Below, one piece after another: positions 63,051-64,000 of a DNA stretch of 64,000 bases. Under the pieces are notes generated by a model. It made no database searches. It was not told the origin of the DNA and worked only from the letters and a program-made list of their open reading frames with translations. This DNA is from Blepharisma stoltei ATCC 30299 (lineage: Eukaryota; Protista; Ciliophora): positions 1 through 64,000 of the forward strand of contig CBFDEM010000016.1 in NCBI GenBank assembly GCA_965603825.1, in the 5' to 3' direction. The translations under genes and the position numbers were made by a program. The first letter of the stretch is position 1. The number at the start of each line of letters is the position of its first letter.

Positions 63051-64000
63051 TTAATCATAAGAAACTCTTCTTTGTTCATTAATTCTCCATCTAGGAGGCG
63101 TTGGCGGTCTTTTTCTCAATGCATCTTCGCTTTCAATCCAGTTTGAGCCATATGGATTGTCTACAGGGTATATCAATTTTGGCTTAATTTCAAAATTTTT
63201 CTTAAAAAACAGCACAGCGCCCGCATTTTTGTGCCTCCCACAGTAGTCAGTTGCTGAAAAGACTGTAATTAGATCTCCTCCTGCAAATCTTTCGAACCCG
63301 TCCATAACGCATTCGTGAGCTCTTACAATTTTTGAGAGACCATTAGCATTTAAAAATTCTTTTACAATGTCAGGGCCGAATTTTACGATATTTCCAGTCC
63401 CATTAGGATCTCTTATAACATTAGCCTGGATTCCTATTTCTTGGTCAGAATCTGTAGGATCGCTCCACAAAATATCCACAACTAACTGTTGTTGGTCATT
63501 AGTAACTTCATGCACAACTTCTAATGGCCTTGGCAGCGCTTCAATTTGGTCTATTGTCCTTAATGTACTTCCAATCCCTCCATGCAGACATATCACTTTC
63601 TCTTCAATGACAGCTGCTAAAGGCAAATACTCAAAAAGCCTATTAATTCTCGCAAAAATACTTCTCGGGTCGTTTGGATCTTCTCCTATACGTATTTGGC
63701 ATTCCTCTGCAAACCCAAAGGTGTTGTTTATCCATTTATCTTCATGATTTCCTCGAATCATATGCATTTGGTTAGGATACTTGCATTTTAATGCCATTAA
63801 TAGACAAATTGTTTCTAATGAATGAGACCCTCGGTCTACAAAATCTCCTATAAATAAATAATCAAATCCATCAATATCTCCCCCATCTTTTTTCTTTTCT
63901 GAAGGACATCCATAAAGGTCAAAAAACCTCATTAAATCTGCATATTGGCCATGGACGTCTCCAAAAATTTTTATTGGGGCTCTTAGTCTGAGCACCATTG
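63051..64000 (-). CDS. PPKL: PPP-family Ser/Thr phosphatase domain of PPKL/BSU1 type; 5' part lies beyond the window
   Basis: GDVHG, GDFVDRG, RGNHE, HGG, RAHECVMDGFERFA, FSATDYCG and C-terminal RPPTPPR, typical of the Kelch-phosphatase family. Confidence 0.88.
   Translation of the reverse strand, partial: MVLRLRAPIKIFGDVHGQYADLMRFFDLYGCPSEKKKDGGDIDGFDYLFIGDFVDRGSHSLETICLLMALKCKYPNQMHMIRGNHEDKWINNTFGFAEECQIRIGEDPNDPRSIFARINRLFEYLPLAAVIEEKVICLHGGIGSTLRTIDQIEALPRPLEVVHEVTNDQQQLVVDILWSDPTDSDQEIGIQANVIRDPNGTGNIVKFGPDIVKEFLNANGLSKIVRAHECVMDGFERFAGGDLITVFSATDYCGRHKNAGAVLFFKKNFEIKPKLIYPVDNPYGSNWIESEDALRKRPPTPPRWRINEQRRVSYD

Noticed and set aside
3613-64000. Tiny 15-16 nt introns
   Set aside because: None is needed to explain any frame; in-frame 15-nt introns could exist but cannot be shown without RNA data.

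Overview
Telomere-bearing end of a ciliate macronuclear chromosome, almost certainly a heterotrich of the genus Blepharisma: about 2 kb of (CCCTAACA)n, compact genes with no introns I could demonstrate, and TGA read as Trp with TAA/TAG as stops. The supplied ORF track is fragmented because it stops at TGA; rejoined by hand, the window holds about 20 genes. In order: a 2160-aa Ser/Thr-rich putative GPI-anchored surface protein; a 2.5-kb tandem duplication (secreted prepro-like protein plus Kelch pseudogene) with a Merlin/ISXO2 transposase relic between the copies; a Venus-flytrap/multi-TM receptor; two pentapeptide-WD40 genes; an SDR; two Cys-rich surface proteins; an interleaved cluster of importin-alpha-like and double-thioredoxin/ZZ-finger genes, including a paralogue with all four catalytic Cys changed to Ser; a bacterial-type cupin; an E2; a RalGAP-alpha-like GAP; three tail-to-tail pairs of B-box-like/coiled-coil/WD40 and B-box-like/coiled-coil/Kelch genes; and the 3' part of a PPKL phosphatase. 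One WD40 gene is interrupted by a 567-bp TA-bounded insertion whose precise removal restores the protein, which looks like a retained IES. All domain calls are by-eye motif recognition, not database searches.
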